Positions 1-8,477 are shown, numbered from the stretch's first letter. The stretch is 20,000 nucleotides of DNA from an uncultured virus (IMG/VR IMGVR_UViG_3300027974_000033) (IMGVR_UViG_3300027974_000033), one strand, 5' to 3'. Translations and numbers: made by a program. Notes: generated by a model not told the origin, from the sequence alone.

Positions 1-743
1 TTAGAAAGAGAAATCATTGCTGATCGGCGAACTCCGCCTACAACAACTACCTCACCAATCTTGCACATAATATCGTGGCATTCAATTGGTTTAAGGTTTC
101 TTCCTGTGGCGCTTTTGAACTTTGCAATTGTAAAATCAAATAGATTAACAAGTGGTTGTGGACCTGATGATCTTCCACCCATTGTCTTAAGTCTTGCACC
201 TGCTGGCCTTACCTTAGAAACATCAATTGCTGGAATCTGTCCAGACCAAAGTAATGCTAGCAACTCACGGTATGCTTTAGCCCAACCTTGCTTAGAATCT
301 TCTACTGTAATTACTGTAGTTGACTTCTCCAGTAACTCTGGGACGGCAGGAAGTTTATTAATGTACTTGTACTCAACAGAGAATCCAACGCCAGTGCCAC
401 ACATGAGAATATACATTGTCTCGTCAAATGAACGTGGTGAATCAACTGGAAGAAAAGCACAATTGTATCCTGCTACATTATCTCTTTCTAATGCTGGTCC
501 TGAAGTCATTACTGATCTCATTGATGGCATTACATTTCGTTCAAATACAAACTCTTTTAATTCCGCAACTAGCTTTTCATTTGGAATATAATTATGGTTT
601 ACCTTTAAATGGTTAGTCATAAACTCAAAATATCTATCTACTGTTTCTCCCCATGTTTCTCTACGGCCTTCTGCCTGTACCCATTTTGCATATCTGGATA
701 AAGCAATAAAGTTTTCATAAGGATTTTCAATAGTTTGTGACAT
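1..743 (-). CDS. nrdJ: Class II (adenosylcobalamin-dependent) ribonucleotide reductase, N-terminal part; runs off the left edge
   Basis: Manual minus-strand translation from ATG at 743 (not in the ORF track): MSQTIENPYENFIALSRYAKW..RRETWGETVDRY..VMPSMRSVMTSGPALERDNVAGYNCAF..MCGTGVGFSVE..RPAGARLKTMGGRSSGP..VVVGGVRRSAMISLS; open to the edge with typical phage NrdJ motifs. Confidence 0.93.
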   Translation of the reverse strand, partial: MSQTIENPYENFIALSRYAKWVQAEGRRETWGETVDRYFEFMTNHLKVNHNYIPNEKLVAELKEFVFERNVMPSMRSVMTSGPALERDNVAGYNCAFLPVDSPRSFDETMYILMCGTGVGFSVEYKYINKLPAVPELLEKSTTVITVEDSKQGWAKAYRELLALLWSGQIPAIDVSKVRPAGARLKTMGGRSSGPQPLVNLFDFTIAKFKSATGRNLKPIECHDIMCKIGEVVVVGGVRRSAMISLS

Positions 744-882
744 TTATTATACGACCTTCTCTCCGCCTTGCGGTGTTAATTTTAAGTGAAGTCCTAGTGT
801 ATCAAACTTTTATTTATCAGTCTATGGGTAAAAATATTTTTTATTTATCTCATTATGTAAGATAGCATCTTGGTTGACTAAC

Positions 883-912
883 TTGACAGTTGTTTATATT
901 TAATGCTATTCT
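883..912 (+). promoter_or_regulatory. Housekeeping-sigma promoter TTGACA-N18-TATTCT with extended -10 TGn
   Basis: TTGACA 883-888 and TGCTATTCT 904-912, upstream of the AGGAGG RBS of the 940 gene. Confidence 0.6.
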
Positions 913-939
913 TATAGTTCGTTATCTCTATAGGAGGAA

Positions 940-1488
940 ATGCCAATGGAGAATATAAAGCAACAGTTTAGCGATTTGGTTCGTGACTGGACAATAATAG
1001 CAGTAACAATGTTATTTTTGTTTGGCAACTCAGCAAACGCTTTAACTGTAGTAGCACCTTTAGTGAAAACTGAAGCCCAATTAAAGCAAGAAGTCTTAGA
1101 TAGTTTTAGTAAAGAGATTTACAAGCCATCTGAGATGCTTACAGACAAAGAGTTAAAACTATTACTTGAGACTGTAGGATTCGAAGGGTCAGGCCTTAAA
1201 AAAGCTTGGTCTATAGCAAAGCGTGAATCTAATGGAAGACCGCTTGCATATAACGGGAATAGGAATACAGGAGATAGTTCTTACGGATTATTTCAGATAA
1301 ATATGATTGGAAATCTTGGTCCGCAAAGACTTGAGAAATTTGATCTACAGAGTAACAAAGAGTTATTCGACCCAGTAACAAACGCAGAGATAACGTACTA
1401 TATGACCGATGGCGGCAATGATTGGTCAAGCTGGAAGGGTATGACCCCAAAAGCTAAGGAATTTTTATTAAAATTTCCGACAAAGTAA
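940..1488 (+). CDS. Secreted or membrane-anchored lysozyme-like (SLT) transglycosylase
   Basis: N-terminal hydrophobic segment ending ANA; catalytic-type IAKRES, GDSSYGLFQINM, LFDPVTNA and WSSW motifs; AGGAGG RBS. Confidence 0.85.
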   Translation: MPMENIKQQFSDLVRDWTIIAVTMLFLFGNSANALTVVAPLVKTEAQLKQEVLDSFSKEIYKPSEMLTDKELKLLLETVGFEGSGLKKAWSIAKRESNGRPLAYNGNRNTGDSSYGLFQINMIGNLGPQRLEKFDLQSNKELFDPVTNAEITYYMTDGGNDWSSWKGMTPKAKEFLLKFPTK

Positions 1489-1498
1489 AGGAGATGGG

Positions 1499-1714
1499 AT
1501 GAGGATACAGTATGTATCAACTTACATCTCCATGTCAGAAGAAGGATTGGTTGAAAAGCTTTTATGCCCAGTAGACCAATCCATTCTTTTTTCTAATCAA
1601 AGCCTTTTAGATGAAATATACTTATATTGCTTAGAGTGCGATTATAAAAAGGCTCTTGGAACGGCAAGCTATCAAAAAATAGTTGATGAGGTGAATAAAC
1701 ACAAAAATGTGTAA
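1499..1714 (+). CDS. Small zinc-ribbon-like hypothetical protein
   Basis: CPVD...CLEC motifs; AAGGAG RBS. Confidence 0.65.
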   Translation: MRIQYVSTYISMSEEGLVEKLLCPVDQSILFSNQSLLDEIYLYCLECDYKKALGTASYQKIVDEVNKHKNV

Positions 1715-1817
1715 AGAAAATTGTATTTGTAATTTAGAAAATGATTCGGTTCCGATACAGGTAACTGACGCAATGGGTAGAGAGGTTTTTTGGTTAGATG
1801 CAGGAAGGCCAGAATAA
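1707..1817 (+). CDS. Small hypothetical protein (36 aa)
   Basis: MCKENCICNLENDSVPIQVTDAMGREVFWLDAGRPE; GAGGTG RBS; fills the gap between neighbours. Confidence 0.5.
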   Translation: MCKENCICNLENDSVPIQVTDAMGREVFWLDAGRPE

Positions 1818-2013
1818 TCAAATTTCAAATGATTTAGAAGATAATTTGCCTATGGTAAATTACATAATGCTTCATAGAATATATGACATGCTTAGCCTTA
1901 TAGCAAAGGGATCGGTTGGGCAGGAAGAAGTAAGCAAAATGATTGCTTACCACGAACAGGGATATTTATTGGGCCCATCTCCAGCCTTTACCCCAGGAGA
2001 TCAAAATGATTGA
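1798..2013 (+). CDS. Hypothetical phage protein
   Basis: ORF track; co-oriented with and overlapping its neighbours. Confidence 0.65.
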   Translation: MQEGQNNQISNDLEDNLPMVNYIMLHRIYDMLSLIAKGSVGQEEVSKMIAYHEQGYLLGPSPAFTPGDQND

Positions 2014-2209
2014 TCCATTAAAACAAAGAATGATATTAAAAGATATGCACAAAAAGTTTCAAGATTTAAGTACTGATCTTGCTAAACTTAATGGCCTTTC
2101 TTTAGAAGAAGCTAATATATATGCAGACAACTCAAAAGAATCAACATTTTGGCTTTTAGATAAAGTACTTCAAGACATGGTAGAAAAAAAATATATAAAA
2201 TTTGATTGA
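2006..2209 (+). CDS. Hypothetical protein (start revised from 1943 to ATG 2006)
   Basis: AGGAGA RBS immediately before MIDPLKQ. Confidence 0.6.
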   Translation: MIDPLKQRMILKDMHKKFQDLSTDLAKLNGLSLEEANIYADNSKESTFWLLDKVLQDMVEKKYIKFD

Positions 2210-2234
2210 CTATTATAGATTCTTGTAATATAAT
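2206..2234 (+). promoter_or_regulatory. Housekeeping-sigma promoter TTGACT-N17-TATAAT
   Basis: TTGACT 2206-2211 and TATAAT 2229-2234. Confidence 0.7.
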
Positions 2235-2264
2235 TAAAACTCAGGTTGAGTTATGCTCCCTGTT

Positions 2265-2302
2265 AAAACCCTAGTCGGATCCGCCTCTGACTAGGGTTTT
2301 TT
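2265..2302 (+). terminator. Intrinsic terminator, possibly bidirectional
   Basis: AAAACCCTAGTCGGA-TCCGCC-TCTGACTAGGGTTTT hairpin with T tract. Confidence 0.8.
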
Positions 2303-2339
2303 AATACCATAGCCGTGATACAATTAGGTTATATTATCA

Positions 2340-3197
2340 ATGGAGGCAAAAATGTATTTTTATGACAGACCAGATTGTATAAAACTTTCAAGCTACACCG
2401 ACGCTTATGGAACCCCAAGCGGTATATTTTTGTTTAAAAACATACTGCCCGAAGAATTAATGTTAGACCTTGAAAACGAGCTGGACTCAATAGACTACCG
2501 AGACACCTTTAAATATTCAGGAACACTTATTAGCTGGTATGAGAATAAGATGGCCCCTAGACCAAAAAAACTATTAGAGTTTTGGGAATTTATTAGTGAG
2601 CTTCTTTATCCACATTATGTTATTCACCCTTCACAATCAATCTTAAATATAAGACCTGGGGACGGTGGAATGTTTACACATTCAGATAGTCCTGGAAAGG
2701 GTGCTTGCCATCTTTTATCTCAAGACGACAAATATGCAACATGCTGTGTAATTGACTACGGTCTAGTTGCTTATTTTGGACACTTTACTGGCGGAGAAAT
2801 ATTTTATCCAGACATCAACCCAGATGGAACTATAAAAACTGATGACAACAGACAAGCAGGTCAATACGAATACCTTCCTCAGCGTGGAGACATACTTATT
2901 CACAGCGCTTTTGATCCATACAGCCACGGAGTAAAAGAAGTTGAATCTGGTGTAAGGTATGCGTTTTCAAACTTCTGTTTAAAGACAGAAGACAATCCAG
3001 GAACATTCTACAATTACAAAACTCCAGAGTATTACGAACAAATAGGAAATGGAACAGAGGATGAGCTTGATAAGTGGATGCAGCCATTAAGAGAAAATCC
3101 ACAGTTCTCAAAAGATAGAATTGCAATTATGCAAGCATCAGGCCTTGAAGGTAAAGAATTAGCATCTACATTTATGTCCGAATTCAAAGAGCATTAA
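2340..3197 (+). CDS. 2OG-Fe(II) oxygenase (prolyl-4-hydroxylase-like)
   Basis: HSD iron motif, FTGGEIFYP, GDILIH and HGVKEVESGVRY (distal His and 2OG-binding Arg). Confidence 0.85.
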   Translation: MEAKMYFYDRPDCIKLSSYTDAYGTPSGIFLFKNILPEELMLDLENELDSIDYRDTFKYSGTLISWYENKMAPRPKKLLEFWEFISELLYPHYVIHPSQSILNIRPGDGGMFTHSDSPGKGACHLLSQDDKYATCCVIDYGLVAYFGHFTGGEIFYPDINPDGTIKTDDNRQAGQYEYLPQRGDILIHSAFDPYSHGVKEVESGVRYAFSNFCLKTEDNPGTFYNYKTPEYYEQIGNGTEDELDKWMQPLRENPQFSKDRIAIMQASGLEGKELASTFMSEFKEH

Positions 3198-3266
3198 GAT
3201 CATTTAGTGCAAAAGTGAAAAAATTGAAGTGCGGCGGCGGTAGAAGATACCATTTGGAGGATATGA

Positions 3267-3425
3267 ATGCCTAGAGACCATTTTAGTAAGATGATGAAGA
3301 GCCCATACTTCCAAACAGATCATTTTAAAAATGAATCCCATGAAGCTTTACTTGAAGCAAAAATAGAAAATGCTATATTTAAATTCTTTAATAGATTTAA
3401 ACTTAAGCGATACAGGGCCAAATAA
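3267..3425 (+). CDS. Small hypothetical protein (52 aa)
   Basis: GGAGG RBS; MPRDHFSKMMKSPYFQTDHF...RYRAK. Confidence 0.55.
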   Translation: MPRDHFSKMMKSPYFQTDHFKNESHEALLEAKIENAIFKFFNRFKLKRYRAK

Positions 3426-3545
3426 GGCTCTTTGAGTAAAGTTCTACCAGTTACACTGGTTAAATTCTCTGATGGCCTTCTGAGCCATTATAAGACCCAT
3501 TCTGACAGAATCTGACAGTAGACAATATGAATATATTCTAGTCAA

Positions 3546-3632
3546 CTAGGATATATATACACATACTGCATATATAGATATCAATACCCATGAACATATG
3601 ATTACAGTCTTATAGAACTTAGAGCTGATCAT
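3546..3632 (-). CDS. Small membrane peptide (28 aa)
   Basis: MISSKFYKTVIICSWVLISIYAVCVYIS; GAGGA RBS; overlaps the end of the upstream ORF. Confidence 0.4.
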   Translation of the reverse strand: MISSKFYKTVIICSWVLISIYAVCVYIS

Positions 3633-3762
3633 TGTCTATATCCTCATTTAGGTCAAAATCAAAGATTTCTTCTTTACCCGCCCAATTTAAAAATCTAGAC
3701 AATGCAACTCCTGAAAGGATTGCTGTCGCAATTAGACTTACCAATGCCCATATCTTTTTCAT
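3619..3762 (-). CDS. Small membrane protein (47 aa)
   Basis: MKKIWALVSLIATAILSGVALSRFLNW plus acidic tail; ATGA overlap with the upstream ORF. Confidence 0.55.
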   Translation of the reverse strand: MKKIWALVSLIATAILSGVALSRFLNWAGKEEIFDFDLNEDIDNDQL

Positions 3763-3836
3763 TTAATATCATCCCAAAATGCAATAATAGCAATAACTAT
3801 TGGTCCAAATATAATTGATGCTTGAAGCCAGTTCAT
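3759..3836 (-). CDS. Small membrane peptide (25 aa)
   Basis: MNWLQASIIFGPIVIAIIAFWDDIK; ATGA overlaps at both ends. Confidence 0.5.
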   Translation of the reverse strand: MNWLQASIIFGPIVIAIIAFWDDIK

Positions 3837-4468
3837 AGGTCATACCCAAATGTATGAAATTCCCATGCCCATTCATATGATATATTCTCCATCTGCTCTT
3901 CTGAAAACACATCTTTTGCAGTTATTTCTTTTGGTCTATGAGCTTTTTGATATACATTTAAATCTAAATGCAATCCTTTGGGCTCTAAAATTTTATTAAT
4001 TCCTGGCTCAATTCCATCCTCATATTTAATAACATTTTTAACCTGAATAACACCATCTTTGGAGTATAACCCTTTTGTACTTTTTAACCACCCACGCCAT
4101 TCTTCTCTTAAAGTGTTTTCAAAATATCTATTTACAAAATTAGATCTATCTCCAGATAAATAGTTTTGCATATTACCTGTATACTCTAGCTGCAAAAAGA
4201 AATCTGACATGACTGTATCGTATGGGTTTCTGACCACAACGCATGAGTCTACTTCAGATAAATTTTCAATCAGTGTTTCTAATTCTGAGTATGGGATATG
4301 ATTAAAAAACTTTTCATCATTTCTTGGACTATGTCTTTCATCTATTGGATGTACTGGAGTTACAACAGCATCATCGTCCATTATTTGAGATAAACAAATT
4401 TCAGTTGAAGACCCTCCAACTTTTTTATTTTTTAAATATAAAAAATTATATTTTTTTGAATATATCAT
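3833..4468 (-). CDS. Sulfotransferase family 2-like protein
   Basis: FLYLKNKKVGGSS (5'-PSB-like), VVRNPYDTVMSDF (3'-PB-like) and C-terminal FGY. Confidence 0.8.
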   Translation of the reverse strand: MIYSKKYNFLYLKNKKVGGSSTEICLSQIMDDDAVVTPVHPIDERHSPRNDEKFFNHIPYSELETLIENLSEVDSCVVVRNPYDTVMSDFFLQLEYTGNMQNYLSGDRSNFVNRYFENTLREEWRGWLKSTKGLYSKDGVIQVKNVIKYEDGIEPGINKILEPKGLHLDLNVYQKAHRPKEITAKDVFSEEQMENISYEWAWEFHTFGYDL

Positions 4469-4481
4469 TTAATGCCTCCAG

Positions 4482-4556
4482 TAGGGATACTGGGATTTGA
4501 ACCCAGAATCTATTGTATATAAGACAAGTGCTTTAACCAGATTAAGCTATATCCCC
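4482..4556 (-). tRNA. tRNA-Ile, anticodon UAU; CCA not encoded
   Basis: GGGGATA/TATCCCT acceptor, GCTT/AAGC D arm, TTGT-CTTATAT-ACAA anticodon arm, CTGGG-TTCAAAT-CCCAG T arm, discriminator A. Confidence 0.88.
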
Positions 4557-4562
4557 TAGGGA

Positions 4563-4679
4563 CTAGCGTATTCGGCTTGCTACTAGCTTTTCAATGCAAG
4601 ATGTGCAAAAGTTTTCAAGTATGCCTTTAGCGTTTATACGCTCTACATACTTTGGGTTTTCACAAAAATCACATTTCAT
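4563..4679 (-). CDS. Leaderless 38-aa C4 zinc-finger protein
   Basis: MKCDFCENPKYVERINAKGILENFCTSCIEKLVASRIR; TGGTATACT ends 6 nt before the ATG. Confidence 0.65.
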   Translation of the reverse strand: MKCDFCENPKYVERINAKGILENFCTSCIEKLVASRIR

Positions 4680-4699
4680 AGTATTAGTATACCATAATT

Positions 4700-5299
4700 T
4701 TAGTTGACTGCAATTTTATATTTGTATTCCCAATATCTATCATAGGTCTGCTTGACAATGTCGCTTGATTCAACCGCAGCTTTTAATATTGGTTTTTCTG
4801 GTGTTCCTATATTTCTATTTCTTCTAGCAAGTGGATAATTTACATCAGAAAGGTTTGCAACTAACTTTTCATCTACCCATTTATCAGTTACATCAAAATC
4901 TACAATAGGTATATTAAACTTATCAGAAATCTTTTGTACTAGATCCATTGGATTATTTCTCATATCTTCATACACATAAATTAATACGTTGTCCCTTTCA
5001 AAATCATCCATGAAAACGTTGTATAGCGTATTATAATATTTTATTTTTAGTTTTAATGTATCTGAATTAGATATTTCAAATTCCCGCAAATCTGGAGAAT
5101 CTATGCCTTGAAAATGTCTTTCTAAGCCTGAGACTATTGCGTAATATGGATCTCTAAGTATGTATACCTGATTTCCGCCTTCTGTTAGCAGATGCGGCTG
5201 ATGTGTTGTTTGAAACCATTTTCCAAAAGCTTTTTGTAAAATAGTGCTACAATAAGTTGTACCTGATCCTGGGGCTGAGTTTATAATTAAGTCATCCAT
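4700..5299 (-). CDS. Sulfotransferase-like P-loop protein
   Basis: INSAPGSGTT, YILRDPYYAIVS and YEDMRNNP motifs. Confidence 0.7.
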   Translation of the reverse strand: MDDLIINSAPGSGTTYCSTILQKAFGKWFQTTHQPHLLTEGGNQVYILRDPYYAIVSGLERHFQGIDSPDLREFEISNSDTLKLKIKYYNTLYNVFMDDFERDNVLIYVYEDMRNNPMDLVQKISDKFNIPIVDFDVTDKWVDEKLVANLSDVNYPLARRNRNIGTPEKPILKAAVESSDIVKQTYDRYWEYKYKIAVN

Positions 5300-6593
5300 T
5301 TATATTTTCCTTTTCTATTTGTTTTTTATACTCCAAAAATAATTCTTTCATTGGCTCATATTCACGTATTCTATTATTAATAAGGCTCCTTAAAGGATTT
5401 ATTTTTTTTGGAATTCTTTTTTCAGCAAACTTATCATTTTTCATTTTATTAATAATAATTTCTTGAATTAAATTTGAATCAAAATCTTTTAGTTTAGCAT
5501 TAAATTTATTAGAAAATTTATTTAAAAAGTTTTCTGGTGTTTTTGTTAAAAACTCAAATGTGCACAATAAAGCATGACTACTTTCTTCTTTATTTAATTG
5601 ATTTAAAAAATACCTATAATCTTTTATACATCTTTCAAACATATCATCTAATATAAATCTATCAAATTTTATTTGATTCATAAATCTAGCATTCTCGAGA
5701 TAGTTAAGTGAACTTGAGTTTTTACTTAAATCAAGTTCTATACAAGATGCTATTGATTCGTATGGATCTCTTATTATTGATACATCAAAAATATTTTTAT
5801 TAAAAGATGTGTAGTCGTGGTGCTGCGATTCGTACCTGGAGTCTTCAACATATTCATGTAGTAAATTTTCAGCAAAAGTATTTCCACATCCTGGTGGTGA
5901 TATCAGACTGAACTGAACAGTTTTAATCAAAGATGCTTTTTTAATAAATAAATCATATATCTTGCTCCAATATTCTCTCTTTAAAGAATCTTGTGGATGA
6001 GGGGCCCATGTTGCAGTATCTTCTGGGGTAAATTCAGATAGTCCAACTGCCTCTCTAATTTCTAATTGAGTTATCGGTTTAAGCATATTATGATCTCTAA
6101 CATACTTGTTAAGAGTGCTTATAAATATGCCATTAATTTTTCTTCTTTCTTCGTAAGTATAGCTTGGAGAAATCCCATCATACTTTAGAAGCATTTCAGT
6201 GAATTGCGGAAGTGGTTCTATTAACTGTATTGTTGAGCCCTTAAAGTATTCTCTAACACGGTCTAAATACTCTATAACTGTTTGCTCTGTATTTTGATGT
6301 TTTGGTAGCCACTGTCTAATGTCTACATATCCCAGCCATAACATAACTATGTCTGAATCTTTAAATTCGTTAAATGGTCTTACCCAGTAATCTCTTTGCT
6401 TTACACAATAATCGCTTCCGCTTTCTATTCCACTGGATTCCGCTTTTTCTTCCTCAAGTTTTTTTGGATCAAATGCCCATGCTGTCATACCAGCAACTCC
6501 CCAGACCTTAAAATCTACTGGGCAATCTTCTGGATTCCAATGCTCCCATATTCTGGTTGAGTGGCAATCTCCTATAAGGTTTACTGATCTCAT
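5292..6593 (-). CDS. Two-domain protein: SGNH-hydrolase-like N-terminus and sulfotransferase-like C-terminus; leaderless
   Basis: LIGDCHS and WLGYVDIR (SGNH-like, Ser replaced by Cys); ISPPGCGNTF and IIRDPYESIAS; TGATACAAT ends 6 nt before the ATG. Confidence 0.6.
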   Translation of the reverse strand: MRSVNLIGDCHSTRIWEHWNPEDCPVDFKVWGVAGMTAWAFDPKKLEEEKAESSGIESGSDYCVKQRDYWVRPFNEFKDSDIVMLWLGYVDIRQWLPKHQNTEQTVIEYLDRVREYFKGSTIQLIEPLPQFTEMLLKYDGISPSYTYEERRKINGIFISTLNKYVRDHNMLKPITQLEIREAVGLSEFTPEDTATWAPHPQDSLKREYWSKIYDLFIKKASLIKTVQFSLISPPGCGNTFAENLLHEYVEDSRYESQHHDYTSFNKNIFDVSIIRDPYESIASCIELDLSKNSSSLNYLENARFMNQIKFDRFILDDMFERCIKDYRYFLNQLNKEESSHALLCTFEFLTKTPENFLNKFSNKFNAKLKDFDSNLIQEIIINKMKNDKFAEKRIPKKINPLRSLINNRIREYEPMKELFLEYKKQIEKENING

Positions 6594-6722
6594 ACTTTAT
6601 TGTATCATTCTATGTATCACTTGATCTTAGGTCTTAGGTCTTATATATTTAATATTTATTATTTATTGATTTACTGACCCCCCGACCCCCCTATTGGAAG
6701 TATACTAAATGAAAATTCTATG

Positions 6723-7373
6723 TCAAGGCATTACGGAAACATTACCAACACGATCAATCCCAAATAATAAAATATTTTTTTGAGATCCTTTTTTAAAAGT
6801 AATTACTGGCATATATAAATTTTGTGTATCTTCTGGTATATAGTACGCATTGTCTGGTATGTCCGCTTTAAACTCTTTGCAGCTGAAGTCCATGTCACAA
6901 CTTAGAAATATTGGAGTATCTCGATCTTGATACCAAGAAAACTTAGCTCCAGGGTTTACATGGTTTTTTGCTATCTGATTATAAAATTGATATAGCCTTA
7001 ATGTAGACTTATCTGTATAGTCATCATGTGGAGAATCATCTAGAAATATCGTATCATACGTCCCAAGGCCATTTAAAGCCTTTTGCCAAGATCCTTCTAC
7101 AATTATGACTCTATGCCTTTGTTCTCCCGCCCACTTACGAGCCTTCTGAAGTACCTCTGGGCTACTTTCAATGATGGTGTGTGACTCTATGTCATGCATC
7201 TGTATTTCAGTGGCTGAAAACCCCATTCCAAAGCCGATTTCCAAAACATGACCTTTGGGATTTAAATTTTTAATAATAGCTTGCATATACGGCTTTTCCC
7301 ATTCCATCATTACCTGGAAATTATTTTTATCAATTAAAATATCTTTGTCGTACTGATCTTTTCCGTATTCCAT
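6723..7373 (-). CDS. Class I SAM-dependent methyltransferase, guanidinoacetate/Rmt2-like; leaderless
   Basis: VMMEWEKPYM, VLEIGFGMG, HTIIE, GSWQ and YDTIFLD; TGCTACAAT ends 6 nt before the ATG. Confidence 0.8.
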   Translation of the reverse strand: MEYGKDQYDKDILIDKNNFQVMMEWEKPYMQAIIKNLNPKGHVLEIGFGMGFSATEIQMHDIESHTIIESSPEVLQKARKWAGEQRHRVIIVEGSWQKALNGLGTYDTIFLDDSPHDDYTDKSTLRLYQFYNQIAKNHVNPGAKFSWYQDRDTPIFLSCDMDFSCKEFKADIPDNAYYIPEDTQNLYMPVITFKKGSQKNILLFGIDRVGNVSVMP

Positions 7374-7573
7374 ATCTTAATTGTAGCATTTGTATTTTAG
7401 TCGACTGCTATTTCATATTTCTAAAAATGTTAATATATTTTTATTATGTATGATACATACCTAAAAACAAAACGGACATTTGGGATAGACCGCACATATT
7501 AAGCGTGAATGTGTCCTATCTCACAGGATAATTCTAAGATTTATTCCGACACGCCGAGAGATAACTTGATAAA

Positions 7574-7595
7574 TGTCAGTCCCCTAGTGTAGAGT
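7574..7595 (+). promoter_or_regulatory. PafBC/RecA-NDp-type promoter 1
   Basis: TGTCAG-tcccctagtg-TAGAGT; CRP-like site 7510-7525; CGACACGCCG 7547-7556. Confidence 0.75.
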
Positions 7596-7628
7596 TATCT
7601 TATAACAACAAACGAAAGGAGTCACACA

Positions 7629-7805
7629 ATGACTCAACTTACAGAAACACTATACAGCACTATTGTGCACGACTTCCATAATGGTGGGGTCAAGTCCTCT
7701 TATGGACTCAATGCCTATACACGCAAGGCTCTATTGCGTGACCTACTCTCTAGCAAGGCTTGCTATTGCATAGAGTGCGTGTGTGAGGTAACTCACACCG
7801 CATAA
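7629..7805 (+). CDS. Hypothetical protein (58 aa, C-terminal CxCxxC)
   Basis: AACGAAAGGAG RBS; MTQLTETLYSTIVHDFHNGG...CYCIECVCEVTHTA. Confidence 0.7.
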   Translation: MTQLTETLYSTIVHDFHNGGVKSSYGLNAYTRKALLRDLLSSKACYCIECVCEVTHTA

Positions 7806-7835
7806 GGCTCACGCTACGGCGTGTCGCCTTGATAA

Positions 7836-7857
7836 TGTCAGCCCACTAGGCTACAAT
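7836..7857 (+). promoter_or_regulatory. PafBC/RecA-NDp-type promoter 2
   Basis: TGTCAG-cccactaggc-TACAAT; perfect TGTGA-N6-TCACA 7782-7797. Confidence 0.75.
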
Positions 7858-7895
7858 ACTTACTATAACTACTAACGAAAAGGATAGAAAATAAA

Positions 7896-8048
7896 ATGAA
7901 GATAACTTACTCACTATGGGACGGCGCTCAACTACTAGGCGTGGATTTCACCGCTAATAGCGCAGACGAAATGAATAAGGTCGTAGCAGACCTAATGAAA
8001 GTTTCTCGTAATGTCGTAGCACATATGCGAAAGGTAGAGCAGAACTAA
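7896..8048 (+). CDS. Hypothetical protein (50 aa)
   Basis: MKITYSLWDGAQLLG...KVEQN; AAAGGA RBS; TAATG overlap with the next gene. Confidence 0.7.
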   Translation: MKITYSLWDGAQLLGVDFTANSADEMNKVVADLMKVSRNVVAHMRKVEQN

Positions 8049-8230
8049 TGTCATACGCATACTCATACCAAACTAACTCAATAGATAAATATAACTCTAT
8101 TCAATCAGATGTCGCAGACGCATACGCATACCTTGATGAAGAAGAAACAGAGCAACCCCCTGTTGATGATTTTGATGATGTAGATGATGAAGAATTGGCG
8201 CAAGTATTCGCACTAAGTTGGGATAACTAA
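8048..8230 (+). CDS. Highly acidic small protein
   Basis: D/E-rich; TAATG-coupled on both sides. Confidence 0.7.
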   Translation: MSYAYSYQTNSIDKYNSIQSDVADAYAYLDEEETEQPPVDDFDDVDDEELAQVFALSWDN

Positions 8231-8367
8231 TGAACTTAGAACTAAACGGATATGGTCTATGCCTAGATAGCGATTGGTTCTATGTCGCACTAGATTGGAA
8301 ACTAATAACACTAACCGCCCTAGTGGTAATCGCCTATAAGATTTATAAGAGAAAGAAGAATAAGTAA
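8230..8367 (+). CDS. Small membrane protein (45 aa)
   Basis: Hydrophobic LITLTALVVIAY followed by KIYKRKKNK; TAATG-coupled. Confidence 0.65.
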   Translation: MNLELNGYGLCLDSDWFYVALDWKLITLTALVVIAYKIYKRKKNK

Positions 8368-8477
8368 TGACTACTAATCGCCTACTAACTACCCTAGTGC
8401 AACTGGGTATTGGTATCCCCGCCCTGCTTATGCTACGCCTTGCTATAAAAGACTTCTTAGAGAATGGACTAGATTAA
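8367..8477 (+). CDS. Small membrane peptide (36 aa)
   Basis: MTTNRLLTTLVQLGIGIPALLMLRLAIKDFLENGLD; TAATG-coupled. Confidence 0.6.
   Translation: MTTNRLLTTLVQLGIGIPALLMLRLAIKDFLENGLD

Noticed and set aside
61..616. Plus-strand ORFs 61-591 and 416-616
   Set aside because: Antisense shadows of the minus-strand nrdJ frame, which carries clear RNR motifs.
744..880. Cobalamin riboswitch upstream of nrdJ
   Set aside because: The leader is short and AT-rich, with no recognisable B12-box.
1229..3126. Minus-strand ORFs 1229-1450, 1631-1828 and 2896-3126
   Set aside because: Antisense to motif-bearing or coupled plus-strand genes.
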